DNA of 64,000 nucleotides from Stenotrophomonas sp. Lineage in GTDB: Bacteria; Pseudomonadota; Gammaproteobacteria; Xanthomonadales; Xanthomonadaceae. Position 1 is the first letter of the stretch; each line of letters begins with the position of its first letter. The translations under genes and the position numbers were made by a program. Where the stretch lies: NCBI GenBank assembly GCA_031987665.1, contig DALZZG010000003.1:45629-109628 (forward strand). Reading direction: 5' to 3'. Under the pieces are notes generated by a model. That model was not told where the DNA came from and did not search any database. It worked only from the letters and a program-made list of their open reading frames with translations. This document shows, piece after piece, positions 29,585-38,443 of this stretch.

Positions 29585-29794
29585 ATGTCCGATCGCGAAA
29601 CCGGTACCGTCAAGTGGTTCAACGACGCCAAGGGCTTTGGCTTTATCAGTCGTGAAAATGGTGAGGATGTGTTCGTGCACTTCCGCGCCATCCAGACCCA
29701 GGGCTTCAAGAGCCTGAAGGAAGGCCAGAAGGTCACCTTCACTGTCGTGCAGGGCCAGAAGGGCCTGCAGGCGGACGCTGTGCAGCCGGTCTGA
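29585..29794 (+). CDS. Cold-shock protein (CspA family)
   Basis: '[15 protein letters not shown]', 'DVFVHF'. Confidence 0.97.
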   Translation: MSDRETGTVKWFNDAKGFGFISRENGEDVFVHFRAIQTQGFKSLKEGQKVTFTVVQGQKGLQADAVQPV

Positions 29795-29817
29795 GGCCGG
29801 GGCAGGCAGCAAACAGT

Positions 29818-29847
29818 GAAAGGCCCGCGCAAGCGGGCCTTTCTTTC
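29818..29847. terminator. Intrinsic terminator
   Basis: gaaaggcccgc-gcaa-gcgggcctttctttc. Confidence 0.85.
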
Positions 29848-29870
29848 TGCTGCGTGTTGGCCGTGCTGGC

Positions 29871-30362
29871 TCAGCGCAGGACCACGCGGCCGTTGACCAC
29901 GCGGACGTAGGCATTTTCAGCCACGCCGTTGAGGTTCTTCTGGTTCACCATGATCACGCGGCCGTCGTCCATGCGCACCTGGATGTCATAGGACTCGCCG
30001 GTGACGTTCTGCTGGATCTTGTTGCCAGCCAGCGCGCCTGCAGCGGCGCCGGCCACGGCGGCGATGTTCTGGTTGCCCTTGCTGCCGCCGGTCTTGTCGG
30101 AGATCTCATGGCCGGCAACGGCACCCACGATGCCGCCGAGCACAGCGCCGGTGGCGGCCGGGGCGGTACGACCCGAGGACACCGCGTTGATGCGGGTCAC
30201 GATGCCGCAGTCGGCGCAGCGGTTCTGGTTGTAGCCGTTGTTGTAGCCACCATTGTTATAGCCGCCGTTGTTGTAACCGCCGCCGCTGTAACCCGGCGAG
30301 GTGGCACAACCGGCCAGGGCGAGGGTGGCAATGGCGCCTGCGGCAATCAGTTGGATCTTCAT
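29871..30362 (-). CDS. Glycine-zipper 2TM lipoprotein (SlyB-like)
   Basis: Lipobox LAGC; GYNN repeats; glycine zippers; 'IQVRMDDG'. Confidence 0.88.
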   Translation of the reverse strand: MKIQLIAAGAIATLALAGCATSPGYSGGGYNNGGYNNGGYNNGYNQNRCADCGIVTRINAVSSGRTAPAATGAVLGGIVGAVAGHEISDKTGGSKGNQNIAAVAGAAAGALAGNKIQQNVTGESYDIQVRMDDGRVIMVNQKNLNGVAENAYVRVVNGRVVLR

Positions 30363-30486
30363 GGTTGTCTCTCCGTGCCGAAACTGGGAAAAGGGGCAGC
30401 GCGCTGCCCGGCATGCTGATCCTCCCGTTTCACACGTGAATGGAGGGCCAACCACGCGTGAAGACGGTGTGGGAATCCGATTCCGT

Positions 30487-30921
30487 TCAGCGGAAATCCT
30501 GATGGCAGGCCTTGCAGTCGCTGCCAACCTTCTGCGAAATCGCGGCCAGCGCGGCGCAGTCGGCCGGCGGCTTGGCCAGCGCGTCGTTCAGGGTCGCGCG
30601 GAAGCGGCTGGCGTGCTGCTTGAAGCGTTCGTCATCGCGCAGGCTCGGGAAGGCCACTTCCAGGTCGTTGGACAGGGCGCGCAGGGTCTGCAGGCGCGGT
30701 GCGGTGTCGTTGATCGTGCAGCGGTTCTGCTTCTGGCTCTCACCGAGCAGGGCGGTCTGCTTGGCCATCACCGTCATCAGGCTGTCGGGGAAGTGGTCCT
30801 GGCGCTCCTGGATGGCGCGCATGCCCATCACGGTGGCGACCGCGCCGATCAGCAGGCCGGCGATCAGAACGAACAGGTAACGGGCTGCCTTGGAAGGCGG
30901 CTGACGGACGGGGTCTGACAT
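30487..30921 (-). CDS. Class II cytochrome c-like protein (c'/c556)
   Basis: N-terminal TM, helical body, C-terminal CKACH heme motif. Confidence 0.75.
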   Translation of the reverse strand: MSDPVRQPPSKAARYLFVLIAGLLIGAVATVMGMRAIQERQDHFPDSLMTVMAKQTALLGESQKQNRCTINDTAPRLQTLRALSNDLEVAFPSLRDDERFKQHASRFRATLNDALAKPPADCAALAAISQKVGSDCKACHQDFR

Positions 30922-30997
30922 GTGCATGGGCTCCTGGCGGGTTGCGTGGCTGGGGGTGATGCCCGTGCATTATGCAGCCACGGCTAAAATGTCCGCC

Positions 30998-31798
30998 ATG
31001 AAAGAGCAACTTCGCGAGCGGTTCGCCGGCATCGACCGGCTGTATGGTGCCGGCACCATCGATTACCTGGCCGGCTGCCGGGTGGCGGTGGTCGGCATGG
31101 GAGGCGTGGGTTCCTGGGTGGTCGAGGCGCTGGCGCGGTCGGCGGTGGGCCACCTGTGCCTGATCGATGCCGATGACATCTGCGTGTCCAACACCAACCG
31201 CCAGCTGCCCGCACTGGCCGGGCAGTACGGGCGCAACAAGGCGCTGGCGATGGCCGAGCGCTGCAAGGCGATCAATCCGGACATCGAGGTGGAGGCGGTG
31301 GAGGCGTTCCTGACCGGCTCCAACATGGCGCAGCTGCTGGACCGCGATTTCGACCTGGTGATCGACGCCTGCGACAGCTTCCGGGTGAAGGTGGAGAGCA
31401 TTGCGTGGTGCCGCCGCCGCAAGCTGCCGATGATCACCGTGGGCGCGGCCGGTGGCCGTACCGATCCGACGCTGGTACGGGTGCGTGATGTCTCGCGTAC
31501 CGAGCACGACGCGATGATGGCCTTGATCCGCAAGAAGCTGCGCGCCGAGTTCAATTTCCCCAAGAACGCGCAGCGCTATTTCGGCGTGCCGGCGGTGTAT
31601 TCGCTGGAGAACGTGAAGTACCCGCAGGCCGATGGCAGCGTCTGCGGCCTGCGGCCCAACATGGGGCCGGACGAGGCGATGAAGCTGGACTGCGGTGCCG
31701 GCCTGGGCGCCGCCACCCACATCACCGGCGCATTCGCCTTCGCCGCCGTGGGCAAGGCACTGGAAATACTGCTCAAGAAGAAGCCGGCGCAAGCCTGA
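30998..31798 (+). CDS. tcdA: tRNA threonylcarbamoyladenosine dehydratase (ThiF family)
   Basis: 'GMGGVGSWVVEALARS', 'SNTNRQL', 'VYSLE'. Confidence 0.92.
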   Translation: MKEQLRERFAGIDRLYGAGTIDYLAGCRVAVVGMGGVGSWVVEALARSAVGHLCLIDADDICVSNTNRQLPALAGQYGRNKALAMAERCKAINPDIEVEAVEAFLTGSNMAQLLDRDFDLVIDACDSFRVKVESIAWCRRRKLPMITVGAAGGRTDPTLVRVRDVSRTEHDAMMALIRKKLRAEFNFPKNAQRYFGVPAVYSLENVKYPQADGSVCGLRPNMGPDEAMKLDCGAGLGAATHITGAFAFAAVGKALEILLKKKPAQA

Positions 31799-31812
31799 GC
31801 GCAACAGCCACC

Positions 31813-32207
31813 GTAGCCCGGGTAAGCGCAGCGCATCCGGGGCTGTTCGCGGTGATGCCCAAGAGTGCGCGTACCTGACGCGGTCCCGGGTGTGCTGGCG
31901 CTTACCCGGGCTACAAAGGCGGCGGCTTTCCTGGAGTGTTTGGGCTCTGCGCATTACCTGTAGCTCGGGTAAGCAGCGCGCACCCGGGGCTGTTCGCGGT
32001 GATGCCCAAGAGTGCACGTACCTGATGCGGTCCCGGGTGCGCTGGCGCTTACCCGGGCTACAAAGGCGGCGGCTTTCCTGGAATATTTGGGCTCTGCGCA
32101 TTACCCGTAGCCCGGGTAAGCAACGCGCACCCGGGGCTGTTCGTGGCGATGCCGAAGAGTGCGCGTACCTGATGCGGTCCCGGGTGCGCTGCGCTTAGCC
32201 GAGCTGC
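31813..32207. repeat. Tandem REP-doublet array, 3 units, period 147 bp
   Basis: Forward REPs at 31813, 31960 and 32107; doublets span 102 bp; near-identical linkers; last reverse REP degenerate. Confidence 0.92.
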
Positions 32208-32229
32208 GAATGATCGGAGGGCTCCGGGC

Positions 32230-32991
32230 TTACAGCCCGAACAATCGCCGTGCGTTGGTCGTCGTCTGCGCGGCGATCTCTGCCTCGGGCTGGCCACGCA
32301 GTTCGGCTACGGTGCGCAGGATTTCGGCAAGACGCGCTGGCTCGTTGCGCTGTCCGCGGATGCCGGCATCGGGTTGATCCGGGGCGTCGGTTTCCAGCAG
32401 CAGGTATTCCAGCGGCATCTGCGCGACCAGCGTGCGCAGGCGGTTTGCGCGCGGGTAGGTGAGTGGTCCACCCAGGCCGATCAGGAAGCCCAGCTGCCAC
32501 AGCTGCCGGGCCTGCTCCGGGCTGCCGGAAAAGCTGTGCACCACGCCACGCAGGCCCCCGGTGCGGCGAATTCGCTGGATCACCTCATCCACCGCACGCC
32601 GCGCATGCACGACGACAGGCAACTGGTGATCATGCGCGATATCGAGCTGGCCCTGAAAATAGAAGCGCTGCGCTTCCGGGTCGAGATCTTCGACAAAGAA
32701 ATCCAGCCCGCATTCGCCGATGGCGAGCGGACGTTCGCGCTGCACCCACTCTTCAAGCGCCTGCAGATGCTCCGGTCGATGTTCGGCCAGAAACATCGGA
32801 TGCAGGCCATAGGCGGGATACAGCCCCGTCGTCAGCGTGCAGGTCTGGCGCAGCTTCGGCCAGCTGGCGGCAGTCACCGCAGGCACCACCTGCGCGTTGA
32901 CGCCTGCCGCCTGTGCGCGGGCGATCACCGCTTCGCGGTCGCCGTCGAATTCATCGGCATCCAGATGGCAATGACTGTCGAACAGCTGCAC
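32230..32991 (-). CDS. TatD family hydrolase
   Basis: 'DSHCH', 'GLHP', 'IGECGLD', 'VHSFSG', 'LETDAP'. Confidence 0.93.
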   Translation of the reverse strand: MQLFDSHCHLDADEFDGDREAVIARAQAAGVNAQVVPAVTAASWPKLRQTCTLTTGLYPAYGLHPMFLAEHRPEHLQALEEWVQRERPLAIGECGLDFFVEDLDPEAQRFYFQGQLDIAHDHQLPVVVHARRAVDEVIQRIRRTGGLRGVVHSFSGSPEQARQLWQLGFLIGLGGPLTYPRANRLRTLVAQMPLEYLLLETDAPDQPDAGIRGQRNEPARLAEILRTVAELRGQPEAEIAAQTTTNARRLFGL

Positions 32992-32994
32992 GGC

Positions 32995-33219
32995 TCAGCG
33001 CTTGTCCAGCTGCACCGGTGGCGGCGCAGGCGGGTCCTTGCGGCGCTTCCAGTTGGCCAGCAGCAGTGTGCCGAGGCCGAACAGGATTTCGTCCAGGAAC
33101 GGAATCGGATCCGGAAACACCAGTGTGATCAGGAACAGGCCGGCGGTGAGCTTGAACAGGGTGGGGTAGCGCAGCTTGCGTGCCCAATCCAGAAGCGGCG
33201 TCAGCATCAGGGTAGACAT
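32995..33219 (-). CDS. Small membrane protein (DUF6116-like)
   Basis: 'LRYPTLF...PDPIPFLDEI'; 3 bp upstream of tatD. Confidence 0.7.
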   Translation of the reverse strand: MSTLMLTPLLDWARKLRYPTLFKLTAGLFLITLVFPDPIPFLDEILFGLGTLLLANWKRRKDPPAPPPVQLDKR

Positions 33220-33371
33220 GGCGAATCCTGTGGAGGGAATGCAACAGGCCTGATATTGCGGTGCCTGAACCAATTTCGATAGTCCATTGTCATGAATACT
33301 GGCCTCTGTTCAGCTTGCACATGCTGGAATCGGCCCAAGTCAAGACGCGGGATGCCGCTGGGAGCTGAATC

Positions 33372-34199
33372 ATGAAGAGCACCACTACTACTGTTCTGGT
33401 TGCCGCGGGCGCGTTGCTGGTGGGTGGCATTGCCACGGCCGCCTTCATGCAGGGCCGCGACAAGGCCGCCACGTTCCCCGCCGCCGATGGCGATCGCCCG
33501 GTGCTGGACAACCAGCTGCTTGCCGATGACGCCACCAGCACCGGCCGCGTCGATGCAGGCGGTAAGCTGGAATATGCCGACGTGCTGAAGGTTGCCCCGG
33601 TCACGCAGAAGGAGCGCGTGTACGCGATGGTGACCGGCAGCGAGGCGATCCGCGAAACATCGAACACCAGCACCCCGCACGAAGTCTGTCAGGACGTGGT
33701 GGTGCAGGAGCGTCTGGCGGAACGTGACGGCAATGTCGGCGGCACTGTCGCCGGTGCCGTGATCGGTGGCTTGCTGGGCAACCAAGTGGGCGGCGGCAAC
33801 GGCAAGAAGGCGGCCACGGCTGCCGGCGCGGTGGCCGGTGGCGTGATCGGCAACCAGGTGGACAAGCGCCATGTGGGTGGCCGCGTGGTGAACCGTACCG
33901 AGCGCCAGTGCCACACCGAGCAGCGGACCGCCGAGTCCAGCCGCATCACCGGTTACAACGTGAGCTACCGCAAGGCCGATGGCAGCACCGGCAGCATGCG
34001 CATGGACAGCAAGCCGGGCGAGCGCGTGTCGCTGGGCAACGAAAACCAGACGGTCGGTTACGACGTGACCTACCGCTACGACGGTCAGGAGAAGACCGTG
34101 CGCATGGACAACCGTCCGGCCAGCGACCGCCTGCCGGTGCTGGATGGCCAGGTGGTCACCCAGACCGCCGCCGTGGACAGCGCTGGCAGCCGCCAGTAA
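33372..34199 (+). CDS. Glycine-zipper 2TM protein (YcfJ-like)
   Basis: 'GGLLGNQVGGGNGKKAATAAGAVAGG', 'GYDVTYRYDG'. Confidence 0.88.
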   Translation: MKSTTTTVLVAAGALLVGGIATAAFMQGRDKAATFPAADGDRPVLDNQLLADDATSTGRVDAGGKLEYADVLKVAPVTQKERVYAMVTGSEAIRETSNTSTPHEVCQDVVVQERLAERDGNVGGTVAGAVIGGLLGNQVGGGNGKKAATAAGAVAGGVIGNQVDKRHVGGRVVNRTERQCHTEQRTAESSRITGYNVSYRKADGSTGSMRMDSKPGERVSLGNENQTVGYDVTYRYDGQEKTVRMDNRPASDRLPVLDGQVVTQTAAVDSAGSRQ

Positions 34200-34223
34200 G
34201 CGCTACCTACAGGCAGCAATGAG

Positions 34224-34254
34224 GGAAGGCCGGCGAAAGCCGGCCTTCCTGTTT
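34224..34254 (+). terminator. Intrinsic terminator
   Basis: ggaaggccggc-gaaa-gccggccttcctgttt. Confidence 0.8.
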
Positions 34255-34268
34255 CCCGCGACCACCCT

Positions 34269-34345
34269 GTAGCCCGGGTAAGCGCAGCGCACCCGGGGCT
34301 CTTTGCTTGCGGTGTTCCCGGGTGCGCTGCGCTTACCCGGGCTAC
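34269..34345. repeat. Short-spaced inverted REP doublet
   Basis: Two exact inverted REP copies spanning 77 bp. Confidence 0.9.
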
Positions 34346-34475
34346 AGAGTCAAAGGCTCTTGGGCGCGGCAGTGACGCGGCGGCAATTGCTGCGGTTGCA
34401 GCTTTACCTTGCTGTGCCAAATCCGGTCATATTCACACTGTCGCCCGTCACTGCGGCGGGGGGAGAACCGGAGCT

Positions 34476-35132
34476 GTGAGCACGACCGCTGCACTGACCG
34501 TGTATGGCATGTCCACGTCGGGCAACTGCCACAAGGTGCGCCTGTTGCTGGAACACCTGGGCGCGCGCTACCAATGGAAAGAGGTGGACAGCGCCGACGG
34601 CCAGACCCGCACTCCTGCCTTTCTCGCGCTCAACCCCAACGGCAAGGTGCCGGTCGTCCAGCGCGACGATGGCCGCGTGCTCACCGAGTCCAATGCCATT
34701 CTCTGCTGGCTGGCCGATGGCACGCCCTACCTGCCGGTGGATGGCTGGCAGCGTGCGCAGGCGCTGTCATGGATGTTCTTCGAGCAGTACAGCCATGAGC
34801 CGTATATCGCCGTGGCGCGTTTCATCAGTGGCTGGACGCCCGCGGATTCGCCGCGCCGTGCCGACCTGCCACGCCTGCGCGAGCGCGGCCACGATGCACT
34901 GGCGGTGATGGAGCGCCATCTCGCTGCCAACCGCTGGTTCACCGGCAGCGAGTACGGCGTGGCCGACATCGCACTGTTCGCCTATACCGTGGTGGCTGAG
35001 GACGGGGGCATCGCGCTGGATGCGTATCCGGCCATCCGCCACTGGCTGCAGGATGTCGCCATGCAGCCCGGCTTCGTCGCCATGCCTGCACCTGATGCCA
35101 GCGTGCGCGCACGCATCGCTGCTTCGCACTGA
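34476..35132 (+). CDS. Glutathione S-transferase family protein
   Basis: 'SGNCHKVRL', 'NPNGKVP', 'ESNAI', 'ADIAL'. Confidence 0.92.
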   Translation: MSTTAALTVYGMSTSGNCHKVRLLLEHLGARYQWKEVDSADGQTRTPAFLALNPNGKVPVVQRDDGRVLTESNAILCWLADGTPYLPVDGWQRAQALSWMFFEQYSHEPYIAVARFISGWTPADSPRRADLPRLRERGHDALAVMERHLAANRWFTGSEYGVADIALFAYTVVAEDGGIALDAYPAIRHWLQDVAMQPGFVAMPAPDASVRARIAASH

Positions 35133-35175
35133 ACCCACTCTTTCGTACCCGCCTTGATCCGTGGAGCCTGTCTGC

Positions 35176-37446
35176 ATGTTCGCCCGTGTACCGAATCCCC
35201 TCCCGGCCCGCATGAAGGGCCTCAACCGCGCCGAGATCTGCGATACCAACTTCATCGAATTCGTCAACGCGCTGGGCGCGGGTCCGGATGCGGGTCCGCA
35301 GGATGGTGCGCCGGTGCTGCCCGGCAGCGCACTGGATGCCAAGGGCTTCCGTGAGCTGTTCGAGTCGCAGCTGATCAGCCGCCATCTTGATCTGATGGCG
35401 CGCGTGCTGCGCGTACAGAACAAGGTCTTCTACACCATCGGTTCGTCCGGGCACGAAGGCAATGCGATGGTGGCGCGCGCCACCCGCCATACGGATCCTG
35501 CGTTCCTGCACTACCGCTCTGGTGGCTTCATGGCCGAGCGTTTCCGCAAGCTGCCGGGCATGGACCCGGTAATGGATTCGGCGCTGTCCTTCGCCGCCAG
35601 CAAGGACGACCCGGCCAGCGGTGGCCGCCACAAGGTGTGGGGCAGCAAGCCGCTCTGGGTGCTGCCGCAGACCTCCACCATCGCCTCGCACCTGCCCAAG
35701 GCGCTGGGCACGGCGATGGCGGTGGAGGCGGGCAAGCGGCTGGGCCATGCGTTGCCCATTCCCGAGGACAGCATCGCCATCTGTTCCTTCGGTGATGCAT
35801 CGGCCAACCACGCCACCGCACAGACCGCCTTCAATGCCGCCGCATGGAGCAGCTTCCAGAAGCTGCCGGCGCCAGTGCTGTTCGTCTGCGAGGACAACGG
35901 CATCGGCATCTCGGTGAAGACGCCGGAGGGCTGGATCGCCGAGAGCTTCCGTCACCGTCCGGGGCTGGATTACTTCCACGCCGATGGCCTGGATCTGGCC
36001 AACGGCTATGCCGATGTGCAGCGCGCAGTGGACCACTGTCGCCGCACGCGGCGCCCGACCTTCCTGCACCTGCGTACCACGCGCCTGATGGGTCACGCAG
36101 GCACCGATTTCGAGATCGAGTGGCGGGCACTGGAAGAACTGTGCGCGGTGGAGGCGGGCGACCCGTTGCTGCGCTCGGCGCAGATCGCGGTCGAGTCCGG
36201 CCTGATGGACAAGGACGAAGTGCTGGCGCTGTACGAACACACCCGCAAGCGGTGCTTCGAGGCGGCGGAAGCGGCGGACAGGCGCCCGCGCCTGAAGACG
36301 CTGGAAGAAGTGATTGCACCGCTGGCGCCGTATACCGCCGACAAGGTGCTGGCCGAAGCATGCCGTACCGATCATGCCGGACTTCGCCTGCAGGTATTCG
36401 GCAGTGAAGCAGCATTGCCGGAGAACCAACCGCCGAAGCATCTGGCCATCCAGATCAACCAGGCGCTGCACGACCTGTTCTGCAAGTACCCGCAGACCCT
36501 GCTGTTCGGTGAGGACGTGGCGCAGAAGGGCGGCGTCTACACCGTCACCAAGGGCCTGCAGAAAGCGTTTGGGCCGCGCCGCGTGTTCAACACGCTGCTG
36601 GACGAAACCATGATCCTAGGCATGGCCCAGGGCTTCGCCAACCTGGGCATGCTGCCCTTGCCGGAAATCCAGTACCTGGCCTACCTGCACAACGCCGCCG
36701 ATCAGGTGCGCGGTGAGGCGTGCTCGCTGCAGTTCTTCTCCAATGACCAGTACCGCAACCCGATGCTGATCCGCATCGCCGGGCTGGGCTATCAGAAGGG
36801 TTTTGGCGGCCACTTCCACAATGACAACTCCATCGCCGCCATCCGCGACATTCCGGGGCTGGTGGTGGGCTGCCCGTCGCGGGGCGACGATGCCGCCGCC
36901 ATGCTGCGCACGCTCGCCGCACTGGCGCATGTGGACGGACGCGTCTGCGTGTTCCTGGAGCCGATCGCGCTGTACATGACCAAGGACCTGTACGAGGCCG
37001 GCGACGGACAGTGGCTGTTCCCGTACCCGGCACCGGAACAGGCGCTGGTGCTGGGCGAAGGACGGGTATATGGCGAGGGCAACGACGACCTGCTGATCAT
37101 CAGCTATGGCAACGGTGTGCCGATGAGCCTGCGCGCCGCCCGTCGCATCGAACAGGCCCACGGCTGGAAGGTGCGCGTGGCCGACCTGCGCTGGCTGGTG
37201 CCGCTCAATGCGGAATGGATCGCTGTGCAGGCCATGGGGGCCAAACGCATCATCGTGGTGGATGAAGGCCGTCATAGTGCCGGTGTGGGCGAGGGCGTGA
37301 TGACGGCGCTGGTGGAAGCCGGCTTCGGCAATGTGCCCATGCAGCGCGTAACCGGCGCCGACACCTACACGCCGCTGGCCGGCGCCGCGCTGCTGGTGCT
37401 GCCGGGGGACGATGATGTGGTGGCGGCGGCCAAGGCGATGGGCTGA
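35176..37446 (+). CDS. Fused E1 alpha/beta TPP-dependent 2-oxoacid dehydrogenase
   Basis: TPP motif 'GDASAN...EDN', beta part 'FGEDV..KGGVY', 'PEIQY', transketolase-like C-terminus. Confidence 0.88.
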   Translation: MFARVPNPLPARMKGLNRAEICDTNFIEFVNALGAGPDAGPQDGAPVLPGSALDAKGFRELFESQLISRHLDLMARVLRVQNKVFYTIGSSGHEGNAMVARATRHTDPAFLHYRSGGFMAERFRKLPGMDPVMDSALSFAASKDDPASGGRHKVWGSKPLWVLPQTSTIASHLPKALGTAMAVEAGKRLGHALPIPEDSIAICSFGDASANHATAQTAFNAAAWSSFQKLPAPVLFVCEDNGIGISVKTPEGWIAESFRHRPGLDYFHADGLDLANGYADVQRAVDHCRRTRRPTFLHLRTTRLMGHAGTDFEIEWRALEELCAVEAGDPLLRSAQIAVESGLMDKDEVLALYEHTRKRCFEAAEAADRRPRLKTLEEVIAPLAPYTADKVLAEACRTDHAGLRLQVFGSEAALPENQPPKHLAIQINQALHDLFCKYPQTLLFGEDVAQKGGVYTVTKGLQKAFGPRRVFNTLLDETMILGMAQGFANLGMLPLPEIQYLAYLHNAADQVRGEACSLQFFSNDQYRNPMLIRIAGLGYQKGFGGHFHNDNSIAAIRDIPGLVVGCPSRGDDAAAMLRTLAALAHVDGRVCVFLEPIALYMTKDLYEAGDGQWLFPYPAPEQALVLGEGRVYGEGNDDLLIISYGNGVPMSLRAARRIEQAHGWKVRVADLRWLVPLNAEWIAVQAMGAKRIIVVDEGRHSAGVGEGVMTALVEAGFGNVPMQRVTGADTYTPLAGAALLVLPGDDDVVAAAKAMG

Positions 37447-37457
37447 GGGAAAAGCGT

Positions 37458-37600
37458 CCCCCTCTCCCGCCCTGGCGGGCACCCTCTCCCGCAGGGGGAG
37501 AGGGGCAACGGCGTGCAATTGCAGGCTGGGCTTCAACTTGTGGGAACCCTCCCCCTCTCCCCTCGCGGGAGAGGGTGCCCGCCAGGGCGGGAGAGGGGGG
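37458..37600. repeat. Inverted pair of CCCTCTCCC-type repeats
   Basis: cccctctcccgccctggcgggcaccctctcccg...gggagagggtgcccgccagggcgggagagggg. Confidence 0.85.
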
Positions 37601-37674
37601 CTTGCTTCACCACCTTCACCCACTCCCAGACCGGGACTCGCTAGCCTGTAGATCCCTATCCAGTCGAGGTAGCC

Positions 37675-38232
37675 ATGAGCAAGTACAAGATCGCCGTATT
37701 CGTCGGAAGCCTGCGTAAGGAATCCTTCAACCGCCGTTTGGCGCATGCGCTGGAGAAGCTGGCCGGAGACCGCGCCACGTTCGAGTACATCGAGATCGGG
37801 GACATTCCGCTCTACAACCAGGACAACGACAGCAACTACCCGGAGCAGGGCACGCGGCTGAAGAACCAGGTGCGTGGCGCCGATGCGGTGCTGTTCGTCA
37901 CCGCCGAGTACAACCGGTCGATTCCGGGCGTGCTCAAGAACGCCATCGACACCGCCTCGCGGCCCTATGGTGACAGCGCCTTCGACGGCAAGCCGGCGGC
38001 GGTCATCGGCACCTCACCGGGCGCGCCCGGCACCTGCATGGCACAGCAGCACCTGCGCAACGTGCTGGTGTTCCTGAACCTTGCGGTGCTGGCCCAGCCG
38101 GAAGCCTTCCTGCAGTACAAGGAAGGGCTGATCGGCGATGACGGCAGCATCAGCAACGAGGGCACGCAGAAGTTCCTGCAGGGCTTCGTTGACCGGTTCC
38201 TGGCCTGGATTGCCCTGAACCACAAGGGCTGA
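37675..38232 (+). CDS. NADPH-dependent FMN reductase (ChrR/YieF-like)
   Basis: 'GSLRKESFN', 'EYNRSIPGVLKNAID'. Confidence 0.93.
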   Translation: MSKYKIAVFVGSLRKESFNRRLAHALEKLAGDRATFEYIEIGDIPLYNQDNDSNYPEQGTRLKNQVRGADAVLFVTAEYNRSIPGVLKNAIDTASRPYGDSAFDGKPAAVIGTSPGAPGTCMAQQHLRNVLVFLNLAVLAQPEAFLQYKEGLIGDDGSISNEGTQKFLQGFVDRFLAWIALNHKG

Positions 38233-38361
38233 GCCCGCCCGGCATCAGGCGCCGTTTGCGATAATGGACACCCGGCACCGCCACGGCGCCGGGTGTTCTG
38301 CTGTATGCCCGCCCAATGAATGACCTGCCGTGCAGGGGCCGGGGCTGGAATTGCAGACAGG

Positions 38362-38370
38362 TTATCCACA
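38362..38370 (+). promoter_or_regulatory. Perfect DnaA box upstream of dnaB
   Basis: TTATCCACA, followed by partial TTATCCGTA at 38374. Confidence 0.7.
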
Positions 38371-38443
38371 GGTTTATCCGTACCCCGGTGGGCAGCACCC
38401 ACCTACCATGGCCGCACGGCCTTTCGCAGGAATTCCGCTTTTC

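Noticed and set aside
38340..38400. Replication origin
   Set aside because: Only one perfect DnaA box, no AT-rich unwinding element, no dnaA/dnaN context
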